64,000 bases of DNA from Octopus sinensis. Lineage: Eukaryota. Positions 39,976 to 52,030 of the stretch are shown piece by piece. Made by a program: the position numbers and the translations under genes. Below the pieces are notes generated by a model, which did not search any database, was not told the origin of the DNA, and was given only the letters and a program-made list of their open reading frames with translations. How positions within the stretch are numbered: position 1 is the stretch's first letter; each line of letters starts with the position of its first letter. The DNA lies in NCBI RefSeq assembly GCF_006345805.1, contig NC_043009.1:54746001-54810000 (forward strand), written 5' to 3'.

Positions 39976-41315
39976 CTGTATTTGTTTCCCCCCATCACTG
40001 GTGTTGGTGTGTTTACATCACCATAACTTAGCAGTTCACCAAAAGAGACCAATAGAATAAGTACTAGGCTTAAAAAATAAGTCCTGAGGTCGATTTGTTC
40101 GACTAAAACCTTTCGAGGTGGTGCTCCAGTATGGCCACAGTCAAATGACTGAAACAAGTAAAAGAGTAAAAGACTATTATTTAGTAAAAAAAAACAAATA
40201 CAAGGGTGATAATAGTTATTGTTATATTTTGGGATGGTCATTTTACTTTTCCTTTTTTGGCCAAATAACTACATGCACTATATAAACCTTCTTCATTTCA
40301 ACTTGATTATTATTCTTATTATGGTGTAATTTGTCTGAAATCTTTCCTCACACCTCCTGTGACCTCTTCAGCAAATCTCCATTCCATGTGTCTCCTGTTG
40401 TGTTTAGTAGATTCTGTCATTCTGTGGCATGTATCATTATCTACGTGTGCATTTGCCCCTATATCTGTGTCTGCATGTTTGTGTTTAGTATGTGTGTTTG
40501 TGGGTTTGCTTACTATACTGTTGGCACCAGTGTCTTTTATTTAGTTTTTTTATTCATTTATTTAATTATTTATTTCTCTATTTTTTCTCATTCCATCTCA
40601 AGTTTGTGTATGTGTGTCCTGTGTGTGTGTGTGTGTGTGGTGTGTGTGTGTGTGTGTGTATGTGCGTGTAAGGCTTTATGTACTGTTTGTATCTCTCTCC
40701 CTTTTACTCTATTTGTTTCAGTCATTTAACTGCGGCCATGCTGGAGCACCGCCTTTAATCGAGCAACTCGACCCCGGGACTTATTCTTTTGTAAGCCCAG
40801 TACTTATTCAATCGGTCTCTTTTGCCGAACCGCTAAGTAACGGGGACATAAACACTGCAGCATCAGTTATCAAGCAATGCTAGGGGGACAAACACAGACA
40901 CACAAACACACACACGCATATATATATATATATACATATATACGACGGGCTTCTTTCAGTTTCCATCTACCAAATCCACTCACAAGGCATTGGTCGGCCC
41001 GAGGCTTTAGTAGAAGACACTTGCCCAAGGTGCCACGCAGTGGGACTGAACCCAGAACCGTGGAGTTGGTAAACAAGCTACTTACCACACAGCCACTCCT
41101 GTATCTATTTCTTCTTTTGTTTTCACCCCAAAAAAAAACGTCAAAACTCGATCATATGGGATCATGTGATTGTTTGTTAATTTCTGTTAAAAAGTTTTAT
41201 TTATTTACTTTTCATGTGCCATTTTTCAGCTCTCTGTATTTGTTGTCAGTTACACACACACACACACAAACACACACGTACACCATTTATCTTTCATATT
41301 CACGTACATACATAA

Positions 41316-41368
<53 letters not shown>

Positions 41369-41422
41369 CTCGTAATTAAGCCCTTAACCAACTGCTGGGC
41401 ACCTTTGAAAGAACTGTGTATG

Positions 41423-41496
<74 letters not shown>

Positions 41497-41762
41497 TCAT
41501 CATCATCATCATCGTTTAACGTCCGTTTTCCATGCTAGCATGGGTTGGACGGTTCAACTGGGGTCTGGGAAGCCAGGAGGCTGCGCCAGGCCCAGTCTGA
41601 TCTGGCAGTGTTTCTACAGCTGGATGCCCTTCCTAACGCCAACCACTCCGAGAGTGTAGTGGGTGCTTTTTATGTGCCACCTGCACAAGTGCCAGACGAG
41701 GCTGGCAAATGGCCACGATCGGATGGTGCTTTTTACGTGCCACCGGCACGGAGGCCAGTATG

Positions 41763-41805
<43 letters not shown>

Positions 41806-42363
41806 GTATATATATATATGGGGGGGGGGGTGTATATACGTTTGTATACATTAATGTATTTGTTCGTCTGTCTAGCTATCTATGCACACACACACACATA
41901 CACGTGTGTATATGTATACGTACGTGTGGCTATATGCATACATACATACAAAAAACATGTATGTATATGTATTCATGTATGTACGTGTATATGAAAAATA
42001 ATGGATATACATGTATGTTTGTGTGCGGCTGTGACTGACAACAAACACACGGCGTGCAAAAAGTAAATAAATAAATAAATAAATAAATGAAAAATAAGCG
42101 GAAATTAACGAACAATCATATCATCTCATATGATCGAGTCTTGATGTTTCTGCGGATGAAAACGAAAGACAGCTCATCTCTCATTCTGACTTTAGTCATC
42201 ATAGGGATCTTTTCAATTTGATGGCCAGATTTTTTCATCAAATTGAAAAGATCCTTCCATAGCCGCGCGCGCGCACACACAAAGGCATGCGGAGATAAGG
42301 GTACACGCCACAGAATGACAGAATCGAATAAACGGGACATGAGGCGACACGTGGGATGGAGAA

Positions 42364-42403
42364 CTGCTGAAGACGTCACGGGACGTGTGACGAAAGATTT
42401 CAG
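42364..42403 (+). ncRNA. Minimal type I hammerhead motif
   Basis: ctg-CTGAAGA-c-GTCAC(gggacgt)GTGAC-GAAA-gatt-t-cag. Homologous motif on the minus strand at 40335-40374. Confidence 0.65.
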
Positions 42404-42997
42404 ATGAAGGACACTAAAATCTACTATAAAAATAATACTCTTGTGTTTTTCTCCGCCACAACATATGAAGGAGAAAGGAAGGGGTGATAGATGAATAAGG
42501 AAGCAAGGGGTGATGGCAAACTGGTAGAGGGAGCATTTCAAATTCTGCGTGAGTATATATGTGTGTGTGTGTGTGTGTGTGTATGTAAAAGAGAGGTATG
42601 TGAATGTGTGTGTGTGTGCAATGGAAGTGGGATGGTGAACATTCAATGCTGAAAAGAAAAATCAAACAGCGCTTCAACTCTGTGTGAGTATATGTGTGTA
42701 TGTGTGTGCGTGTACAAGGGAAGTATGTGAATGTATGTGTGAACCAGCTTTCTTTCAGTAACAAATGATGATCGATGTCACATATCAAAAAACAACCACT
42801 GGTTGACAAGTGTATTAGTTTGTAACGGTTAAGTTTGATTAGTAAACAATATTATATGTCAGAGAAAAACCATTGTTTCACCATGGGAAAAGTTCTGTTG
42901 CAGTGTTAATTTAAATTTGGCTATGGTGGATCGAATCCACCTCATACATGCAAGATCCACAACAAATTCGATTTACCATCTATATTTATAAATAAAA

Positions 42998-44884
42998 CTA
43001 GCAGTATCGCCTGGCGTTGCTCGGGTTTGTAAGGAAAATAACTATATAAGCATTTTTAGAGAGTTACTTCCCTTATAGATGCCAATTCGGGCTTTCTTAG
43101 CCATTTCTGTTTTGGTGTCTTCAAGCCATGAAGTCGTTGTTCTAAAAGAACGCTGGTCTCCTTGACAACGCTTTACGACGTTGATTCCTTACACTCCCTT
43201 CCCCACAGCTTCACGAGGAGGGAAGAAGGGGGAGAAGCAAACAGGTGCAGGTGTGACCATGGACGCCAACTCCGCCGCCATTGACACACGAAGATTATGC
43301 ATTAAAATGGAATAAAAAATAATGTTAATTATTTTTAAAATCGTAGACTCATCGTTGACGCGCGCTAATAGCCAGACGGGCTCGATAGAATCACGACTAT
43401 AAGATACCCGAATTTGGTTAAACTGCACCGCAAAATGTGGAGTAGTTAGGAATCTAAATCGAAGGGGACGACGCTCACACAACACCTTATATTATATACT
43501 AGCAGTATCGCCCGCGTTGCTCGGGTTTGTAAGGGAAATAACTATATAAGCATTTTTAGAGAGTTACTTCCCTTATAGATGCCAATTCGGGCTTTCTTAG
43601 CCATTTCTTGTTTTGGTGTCTTCAAGCCATGAAGTCGTTGTTCTAAAAGAACGCTGGTCGCCTTGACAACGCTTACGACGTTGATTTCTTTACACTCCCT
43701 TCCCCACAGCTTCACGAGGGAGGGAAGAAGGGGGAGAAGCAAACAGGTGCAGCTGTGAGCGTGGACGCCAACTCCGCCGCCATTAACACACGAAAGATTA
43801 TGCATTAAAATGGAATAAAAAATGATGTTAAATTATTTTTTAAATCGTAGTCTCATCGTTGACGCGCGCTAATAGCCAGACGGGCTCGATATGAATCACA
43901 ACTATAAGATACCCGAATTTGGTTAAACTGCACCGCAAAATGTGGGAGGAGTTAGGAATCTAAATCGAAGGGGACAGACACTCACACAACTACAGTTATA
44001 TATATATATACTAGCAGTATCGCCCGGCGTTGCTCGGGTTTGTAAGGGAAATAACTATATAAGCATTTTTAGAGAGTTACTTCCCTTATAAATTCGGGCT
44101 TTCTTAGCCATTTCTGTTTTGGTGTCTTCAAGCCATGAAGTCGTTGTTCTAAAAGAACGCTGGTTTCCTTCACAACGCATTACGACGTTGATTTCTTTAC
44201 ACTCCCTTCCCCACAGCTTCACGAGGGAGGGAAGGGGGAGAAGCAAACAGGTGCAGCTGTGAGCGTGGACGCCAACTCCGCCGCCATCGACATACGATGC
44301 ATTTTATGCATTAAAATGGAATAAAAAATGATGTCAAATTATTTTTAAAATCGTAGACTCATCGTTGACGCGCGCTAATAGTCAGACGGGCTCGATATGA
44401 ATCACGACTATAAGATACCCGAATTTGGTTAAACTGCACCGCAAAATGTGGGAGGAGTTAGGAATCTAAATCGAAGGGGACAGACACTCACACAACTAGA
44501 GTTTTATATATATAGATATACAAGTGAAGTTGTGTGTATGTCTCCTACGATTTAGATTCCTAACTAGTCCCACATTTTACGGTGCAGTTTAACCAAAACC
44601 GGGTATCTTATAGTCGTGATTCATATCGAGCCCTTCTGGGTATTAACGCGCGTCTACGATTTAAAAAAAAAGTTACCATAATTTTTTTCCATTTTAATGC
44701 ATTTTTTCGCTATTATATAAGGGAAGTAACTCTCTAAAAATGTCTACGATGAGTCAACGATTTAAAAAAAAATTTACCATAATTTTTTTCCCATTTTTAA
44801 TGCAGTTTTTTGCTATAACTCTCTAAAAATGCTTATATAGTTATTTCCCTTACAAACCCGAGCAACGCCGGGCGATACTGCTAG
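42998..44884. mobile_element. Array of non-autonomous Helitrons: three tandem minus-strand copies (3' CTAG at 42998, 43499, 44011) plus one plus-strand copy ending CTAG 44881-44884
   Basis: Each 3' end is a CCCGAGCAACGCCGGG-type hairpin followed by CTAG|T. Copy 3 has an A|TC 5' end at 44516. Confidence 0.85.
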
Positions 44885-45471
44885 TTTATAAATAAAATAC
44901 TAAAATTAACCGTCATTTTTGACGGCACGGGATCAGCTACTAAGAATAATAATAAAGCTAAAGTGAAGAATGGGTATATAGTGGGTGTGGTTGTTTAGCA
45001 AAAATAATAATAATGATAATAAATAAATGAATAAATAAATAAATAAATAAAAACAGCGTCCCGAAACAACACACGATTTCACTTCAGGAATCTTGCAAAA
45101 CAAATACATCAACGGAGATAACTATTTGAATATAATGTAATTATGTCCCTTACATCAAAGACTATGTTGCAAATTAAGAAATAAAAGGTAGAATTCTAGT
45201 TTAAACAACCCATATAACCCCTCATTACTTTTTTTTTATTTTTTTGAATTTTCAGAACATGTTTACGAATTTTTGTTCTACACACAGGAATTCATAAGAT
45301 TACGAATATATTTTTTTAAATTTTGAACCCCGCCCCCACTCATAAATCCGAAAAGTTCCGCTCTGATTCGAATTTTCTTAAAAATTATTTTAAAATATTG
45401 ACAATCCTAATTTTTTGCTAAAATCACAGCAATGGACAAGTCATCATTCCATGTCATGGGGGAGAGAAATA

Positions 45472-46057
45472 TTTATTTCTTAATTACCCACAGGGGACAA
45501 ACAAGGACAGACAAAGGGATTAAGTCGATTACATCGATCCCAGTGCGTAACTGGTACTTAATTTATCGACCCCGAAAGGATGAAAGACAAAGTCGACCTC
45601 GGCGGAATTTGAACTCAGAACGTAACGGCAGACGAAATACCTATTTCTTTACTACCCACAAGGGGCTAAACGCAGAGAGGACAAACAAGGACAGACAAAC
45701 GGATTAAGTCGATTACATCGACCCCAGTGCGTAACTGGTACTTAATTTATCGACCCCGAAAGGATGAAAGACAAAGTCGACCTCGGCGGAATTTGAACTC
45801 AGAACGTAGCGGCAGACGAAATACTTATTTCTTTACTACCCACAAGGGGCTAAACGCAGAGAGGACAAACAAGGACAGACAAACGGATTTAGTCGATTAC
45901 ATCGACACCAGTGCGTAACTGGTACTTATTTAATCGACCCCGAAAGGATGAAAGGTAAAGTCGACCTCGGCGGAATATGAACTCAGAACGTAGAGGCTGA
46001 CGAAATACCGCTAAGCATTTCGCTCGGCGTGCTAACGTTTCTGCCAGCTCGCCGCCC
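45472..46057 (-). mobile_element. SINE family A concatemer: one head followed by three 184-bp body/tail units
   Basis: Tail/body junctions at 45641 and 45825; near-identical units. Confidence 0.85.
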
Positions 46058-46615
46058 TCTGGGGAAATATATATTGAAAAACATCAATACATGTCAGTGA
46101 CAAAGAAACGAGGAGGGTATCTGGTAGTCGTGAAATGTGCTAAAAATAACAGCTAAATCACCTTTAAATCACACACAGCCCCAACATTTTTTTCTTTTCA
46201 TTTTGCATAATTGTATGAATTACTGTGTGTAGAACACATATTCCCAATAATTTTCTTAGAATTCTAAAAGCTAAAAAAAAATTTGTGAGGGGTTACACGG
46301 GGTGCTTAAACTAGAATTCAACCGATAAAACTTTAATATTATTTCCCCAAAATATTTTTGTGCACATAACGTCGTCAATGTTGTGTCCACTAAGTGTTTA
46401 GGGTTTTTGCAACATACACCCTCATCCAGGCGACCCGACCTAAGTTGATCAAGCCTTGACACATAAAGCGCGACTTTCCACGATCGTAGATTCACCTGGG
46501 ACTAGAACACCACAACGAAAGATTTTTGTAGAGACCCGCAAAGTGACGCTAAATAGTTGAGAGGTTATTTAAAGAAAGGGAAGTAATTCTCAGTCACACG
46601 TCGTCAGTGGTTGCA

Positions 46616-46688
46616 ATGGATTCCCCTCAAAGCACCAAAGTTGTGCATTATATGCAGGACTTGTTCAGTAAATATGACAAGATTAGGG
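46616..46688 (+). CDS. FPGT: FPGT coding exon 1 (MDSPQSTKVVHYMQDLFSKYDKIR+G, phase-1 donor)
   Basis: Hand translation from ATG 46616 is open to a consensus donor G|GTAAGC at 46688/46689. Phase 1 matches exon 2 (G+GG=Gly). KYDKIRG aligns with the RFSELRG segment I recall preceding FWD in human FPGT. Lies in a CpG-retaining region. Confidence 0.85.
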
Positions 46689-47091
46689 GTAAGCTTGTTT
46701 GTTTTATTTCTAACTATTGCCTGTAAGATAACAAGGTAAACGTTTGCTCATTTCCTGATGGTATCTTTTGAGGTAACAACTCCGAAAAGCATGTTGCACC
46801 GCATGTCCGGTCTACATCGATATATTTGTTGTCATGGATGGGTTGCGGTAACTTTGTCCCATTTATACTGCTAACCCGTACTAAAGTTGGAACGACGAAC
46901 AATGGGGAAATAATTATAAACGTCAGAAACACTGAACAAGTCGTCAAAATAACAAACTAGGGAATACTGCAAGAAATAAAATAAATAAATAAATAAAAGA
47001 CAGGGTTCCACGTATCCAGGAACGACACTAAACTTCGTTGGTCTCTAATCAGGATGTGGAGACATTTATAGTGTTTCGTGATACCCTGAGA

Positions 47092-47160
47092 CAGCGGTCC
47101 TCAGCCCTTATTTGCATCGCGGGACCGGTTTCATGCGAGACAATTTTTCTACGGACCGGA
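47092..47160. mobile_element. hAT-Charlie-like terminal fragment
   Basis: CAGCGGTCCTCAGCC..GGGACCGGTTTCATG..AGACAATTTTTCTACGGAC resembles Charlie/MER1-type ends. No partner end found. Confidence 0.55.
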
Positions 47161-47220
47161 GATCGTTTGCGTAATGAACCACAGTGCATAATATAAAATT
47201 TATTTATTACACACACATAC

Positions 47221-47264
<44 letters not shown>

Positions 47265-47408
47265 TTTATTTAAAGCAGCAGAAAATTCAACAATTTGTTG
47301 AATTTTCTGCTGCTTTAAATAAAGCATATTACTCTACCACTGGTATTTGAGTACTCTTTTTTTTCTACCTTGTTTCACATTTATGTGTTTACTCCGGTAT
47401 ATATATAT

Positions 47409-47441
<33 letters not shown>

Positions 47442-47579
47442 ATACACAGATTTCTGCCCCTCCCCCCGACTTTGGATGAACATAACTTTCAGAAAATGGA
47501 TATTATTTTAATGAAATTTGGCAACTGGAGTCTTGACATTCGTTTACTACACACTGTTTTACACCTATTACACTATATA

Positions 47580-47624
<45 letters not shown>

Positions 47625-48789
47625 GGTTAATCTCCAGTTTAAGAGCCGGTCACAAATTTTTTTTTTAAATAGCGTAATAGGTGTAAAACAATGCGTAGGG
47701 TATCTTTGGCAATGGTTAAAGTTGTAGTGAGGTTTCCTCGAGAGATTATATCTTTCTTTATCGTAGTAATAAGTGTATCGTTTTATCCATGTATTGTGTA
47801 TGTATCGTAACGAAGTTAGAGATACGTTGGCAACGACTGCTTTACCTGGAAGTTCGATTTGCTAGCTAATGAAGTCAGATTCCTATTAAAATTATGCCTT
47901 ACCGTAATAAAAAAAAATATCACGTTTGTTAATATTGTAGAGAGTTTATCTAGAGTAAACAGAAACGAAAAGAACAAACTGCTCACGTATAGAACACTTC
48001 CCCCCTACATCTGCTGGTTCAAAGTCGACTTCTTAAAAAACAGCAAACCCAAATAAATAAATCGAGGAAGTTTCTATATTGCTGTTACTCCACCTAATAA
48101 AAATAACGGTGCTAGACCTCTTTTCTTAGGGCAGACAGCTTCCTTCATAATCGTTTCTTTTTTCATCAAAACAAATCCACATTTTACACTTCCTCATCAG
48201 ATTGTCAATTACATACCGTATTTTGCGGTATAAAGAAATGCAACCGGCGTATTGACGCACCCTACTTTTAGCAGTGCGTATTAAAAAAAAAAAAAAGGTT
48301 TTTAGAGCAGTAAAGCATATAATATTTAAAGAAACTTTGCATATAGGACCTGGGGTGATTGTTTTGAGACTTTCTTTTTTTGTTGTTGTTTTGGAAAAAA
48401 AAAATGTGCGTCTGACACGTTACTTTCGCTTTTCACTTTCACATCTTAAATTTGTGTTCATCTACGGTGCTTCGCTCTTATCACACTCTTTCTTGTTTTA
48501 ACCCTTCCGATTAAATAGTGAAATAACTTTGAACCACTCTGATCAAATTACTTGCTGAATATGTATAGTTCAGAAACGGAAACTAATTAAGTCATTGAAC
48601 TAACTTTTTTTAATATTGATAAGCCTTTACACTTCTTTGTTCATATATCAAGTCAGGCGACTATATATGTAAAGATATGTTTTGTGGATGCCCTAAAGAC
48701 TATGTTTCGCAGTCTTATGGATAGCCGTAGATCGAAATAAATATATAAATAAATTGTAAAATAACTTAAATCTCGAAGTTGTTTGTTTA

Positions 48790-49140
48790 AAAGGGCCAGG
48801 GCTGCTTTCAGGGAGATCAAACATACATTATCAAATTCATAAATAATCGCTCATTAAAATGAGTGGTCGTAGGAACATACAGAAAGGAAAGCGCCTTTAC
48901 ATATTGTTGCGTGACGTGGAGTATCAACAAACAAGTGCGAAGGCCTTACCAGTGCTGCAGAGTTGTGGCCCTTTAGACGAATGTTGACGATATCATCCCA
49001 TACGGAGAAAGTAATGTTTTGTAGTACTTAGATGGGCAAAAATCCCCGGAAAACATTGCAACAACATTGAAAGCAAACACGCTAAATTTATTGGACAGCA
49101 AATGAGAAGACAAAACCTTAAACGCAATGTTATTACCAGT
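48790..49140 (+). mobile_element. Ancient RTE/BovB-like LINE C-terminal remnant in FPGT intron 1
   Basis: Broken frames give ARAAFREIK, VTWSINK, AELWPFRRMLTIS and FIGQQMRR, resembling the RTE C-terminus. Confidence 0.5.
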
Positions 49141-49903
49141 TTGAATACGCCAATAGCACGAGAAATTTTCTCCAAGTCAAGACACAGTAAATGGCTTGTT
49201 TACAAGTCCGAACGTGCTATCGGCATATTCGCACTGGTTATAACATTGCATTTATACACATTACTGATTAGCGCGCTCATCCCGTAATTCAAAACCTTAA
49301 ACATTTAGTGATCATTGGAAAACTATAAGGGAGAAGATAAGACTAGAGTAAGACCAATCCAATAAATTTTCAAGTTGTGTGTGAAGCAGTAGAAAGTGGA
49401 GCTCCATGGTTACTGACACAAGTAGGCATGGTACATACTGAAGAAATACTTGTTTGGTGATTTGATCAGAGACTGTGTTGTAACTGATGCAACATCATGG
49501 AGGAGTCATTTTAACTATTTAAAACACAGAACATCTTATCTTTTATATTTTACTTACTTCAGTCATTGGACTGCAGCCTTTCTGGGGCACTGCCTTGAAG
49601 GGTTTTAAGTCAGCCAAATCAACTCCAGTACTTATTTTTGTTTTCTAAGTCTGGTACTTACTCTAACGGACTCTTCTGACAAACAGCTAAGTTATTAGGA
49701 TGTAAGCAAACCAACGTCAGTTGTCAAGTGATGGTGGGGGACAAACACAAACACACACATGCACATTTATGTGATGGGTTTCCACACAGTTTTTGAATAC
49801 CATATTCACTCATAAAGCATTGGTTGATTCAGAGCTATAGTAGAAGACACTTGCTCAAGGTTCTGCACAGGACTGAACTCAAAAACACATGGTCACAAGG
49901 TGA

Positions 49904-49942
<39 letters not shown>

Positions 49943-50334
49943 GTTGCTTCTTCTTCTTCTTATTATTATTATTATTAAGGCAGCGAGTTGGCAGAATTGT
50001 TAGAACACTTCAGACATAATTGACCTTGGTATTGCATCTAAAATGTTACTCTCCAAGGCACAAGTGTGGGCAAGGTTGTTTATGGAAGAGCAGCAGTCGC
50101 CCATGAAACCCAGTCTCTCTTCTCCACGTCATCACTGTTATCCAAGGGAAAGGCAATGGTCAATGCAGCTTGGCACCAGTAATGCTGCAACTTATTTCTA
50201 CAGCTGAGTGGACTGGGGCAACATGAAAGAAATGCACAGCCCAGTCCAAGAATTAAACTCACTACCTCATGATTGTGGGCCTGGCACTCTAACCACTGAG
50301 CCAGTGTCTTTACTCATATTTATACATGAAGGAA

Positions 50335-50981
50335 TCCAGGGTAGAGGTAGACCCAGGAAGACGTGATGAGGTGGTCAAGCTTGACCTTTGAACGTTGGGC
50401 CTCACAGAGGCAATGATGAAAGACCGAGACCTCTGGAGATATGCTGTGACTGCGAAGACCCGACAAATAAAGTGAGTTCATGGTTCGCAGGACAGCCTGC
50501 TGTGCTTACCTTGGATTGTAGGGCGACCTGCTGTGCTTGAGGAGACCTATTGAGTCAAGTACATCAACATCAAAATAAAAATCAAATGGAAATTGTAGTT
50601 GTGATACCCGTGCTGGTGGCATGTAAAAAGCACCATCCGAACGTGGTTGATGCCAGTGCCGACTTGACTGGCATCTGTGCCTGTGGCACATAAAAAGCAC
50701 CAACCAATCGTGGCCATTGCCAGCCTCCTCTGGCCCCTATGCCGGTGGCACATAAAAAGCACCATCCGATTGTGGCTGTTGCTAGCCTCCTCTGGCCCCT
50801 GTGCCGGTGGCACGTAAAAAGCACCCACTACACTCACAGAGTGGTTGGCGTTAGGAAGGGCATCCAGCTGTAGAAACACTACCAGATTAGACTGGAGCCT
50901 GGTGCAGCTTCCTGGCTTCCCAGACCCCGGTCAAACCATCCAACCCATGCTAGCATGGAAAACGAGGATGATGATGATGAT
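50335..50981 (+). mobile_element. RTE-clade LINE 3' end plus 3'UTR with tandem hairpin units and (GAT)n tail
   Basis: GRGRPRKT..LGLTEAMMKDRDLWRYAVTAKTRQI*, followed by GTGCCGGTGGCAC units and the ttaggaagggcatccagc core. Confidence 0.8.
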
Positions 50982-51183
50982 AATCACACACACACACACA
51001 GTATACTATATAATATACTATGCTATATATCATGTATTATTATGCTAGAAATTGTGTAACATTATCATGTATTATACTACTGTTTTATATATAATACTAA
51101 GTTATATATGTTATGTAATATACTATGTTATACATTATGTATTATGTATGAAATTCCTATGCTATATTCTATTTCATTTATAG

Positions 51184-51357
51184 GGCAAGATAAAAACAGT
51201 GGATATACTCCTTTTTGGGATGCTGTTGTCATCACAACTGCTGACAAAGATCAGAAACAAGGTTATCAGCTCCAGATTGAAGCAAAAAGGAAGAGAAATG
51301 AGTTGCCTCTTAACCTAGAAATCCATGTGATTACTGATCCACCTGGTGTTAAACTAG
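51184..51357 (+). CDS. FPGT: FPGT coding exon 2 (GQDKNSGYTPFWDAVVITTADKDQ...HVITDPPGVKL+G)
   Basis: Acceptor tttcatttatag|GG and donor CTAG|GTAAGA, phase 1 at both ends. FWDAVVITTAD and DPPGVKLG motifs match the FPGT/fucokinase N-terminus. Confidence 0.93.
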
Positions 51358-51699
51358 GTAAGAAATCCTGTAAATTGTTGTTGTTATGGCAAGAATCATT
51401 AGCAGACCAGATAAAATGCTTAGTAACATTTTTGGCTTACATAATTGAGAGAGCTTATTGTTGGATTAAAGAAATGTCCAGTTGATCCTTTAATCTTTGC
51501 ATTCCAGTTCAGCTGAAATTGATCCAATAATATTATAGACAGCCATGGCTGTGTGGTAAGAAGCATGTTTCTCAACCACATGATTCTAGGTTCAGTCCCA
51601 CTGCATAACACCTTGGGCAAGTGTCTTCTACTATAGCCCCAGGCCAACCAAAGCTTTGTGAGAACTTAGTAGACAGAAACTGAAAGAAGCCCATCCAAA

Positions 51700-52030
51700 T
51701 GCCCAGGAGGCTCTCTTGAGGTTGTAGATAGTTTCTGTTACATAGGTGACCAAATTAGCAATGGTGGAGGATGCTCTGAAAGAATTGGGTGGAGGAAGTT
51801 CAGAGAGCTATTACCTCTATTGGCAACAAAAGGCCTCTCTCTCAGAGTGAAAGGTAGACTATATGATAGTTGTGTACAAATGGTTATACTCCATGGGATC
51901 TGAATGCTGAAGACATGAAGACCCAGGAAGACATGGGATGAAGTGGTAAGGACTGATCTCAGGAAGTTGGACCACATGGAGGATGGTCATGGACCAAGAT
52001 GTCTAGTGATATGAAGTTCTTGAGAAGACC
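51700..52030 (+). mobile_element. RTE-clade LINE internal/C-terminal fragment
   Basis: LEVVDSFCYIGD..GGGCSE..GWRKFRELLPLL..LSLRVKGRLYDSCV and RPRKTWDEVVRTDL. Confidence 0.75.

Noticed and set aside
40877-41994. 260-aa and 149-aa ORFs
   Set aside because: Chance read-through of SINE, (TG)n/(TA)n and RTE UTR sequence.
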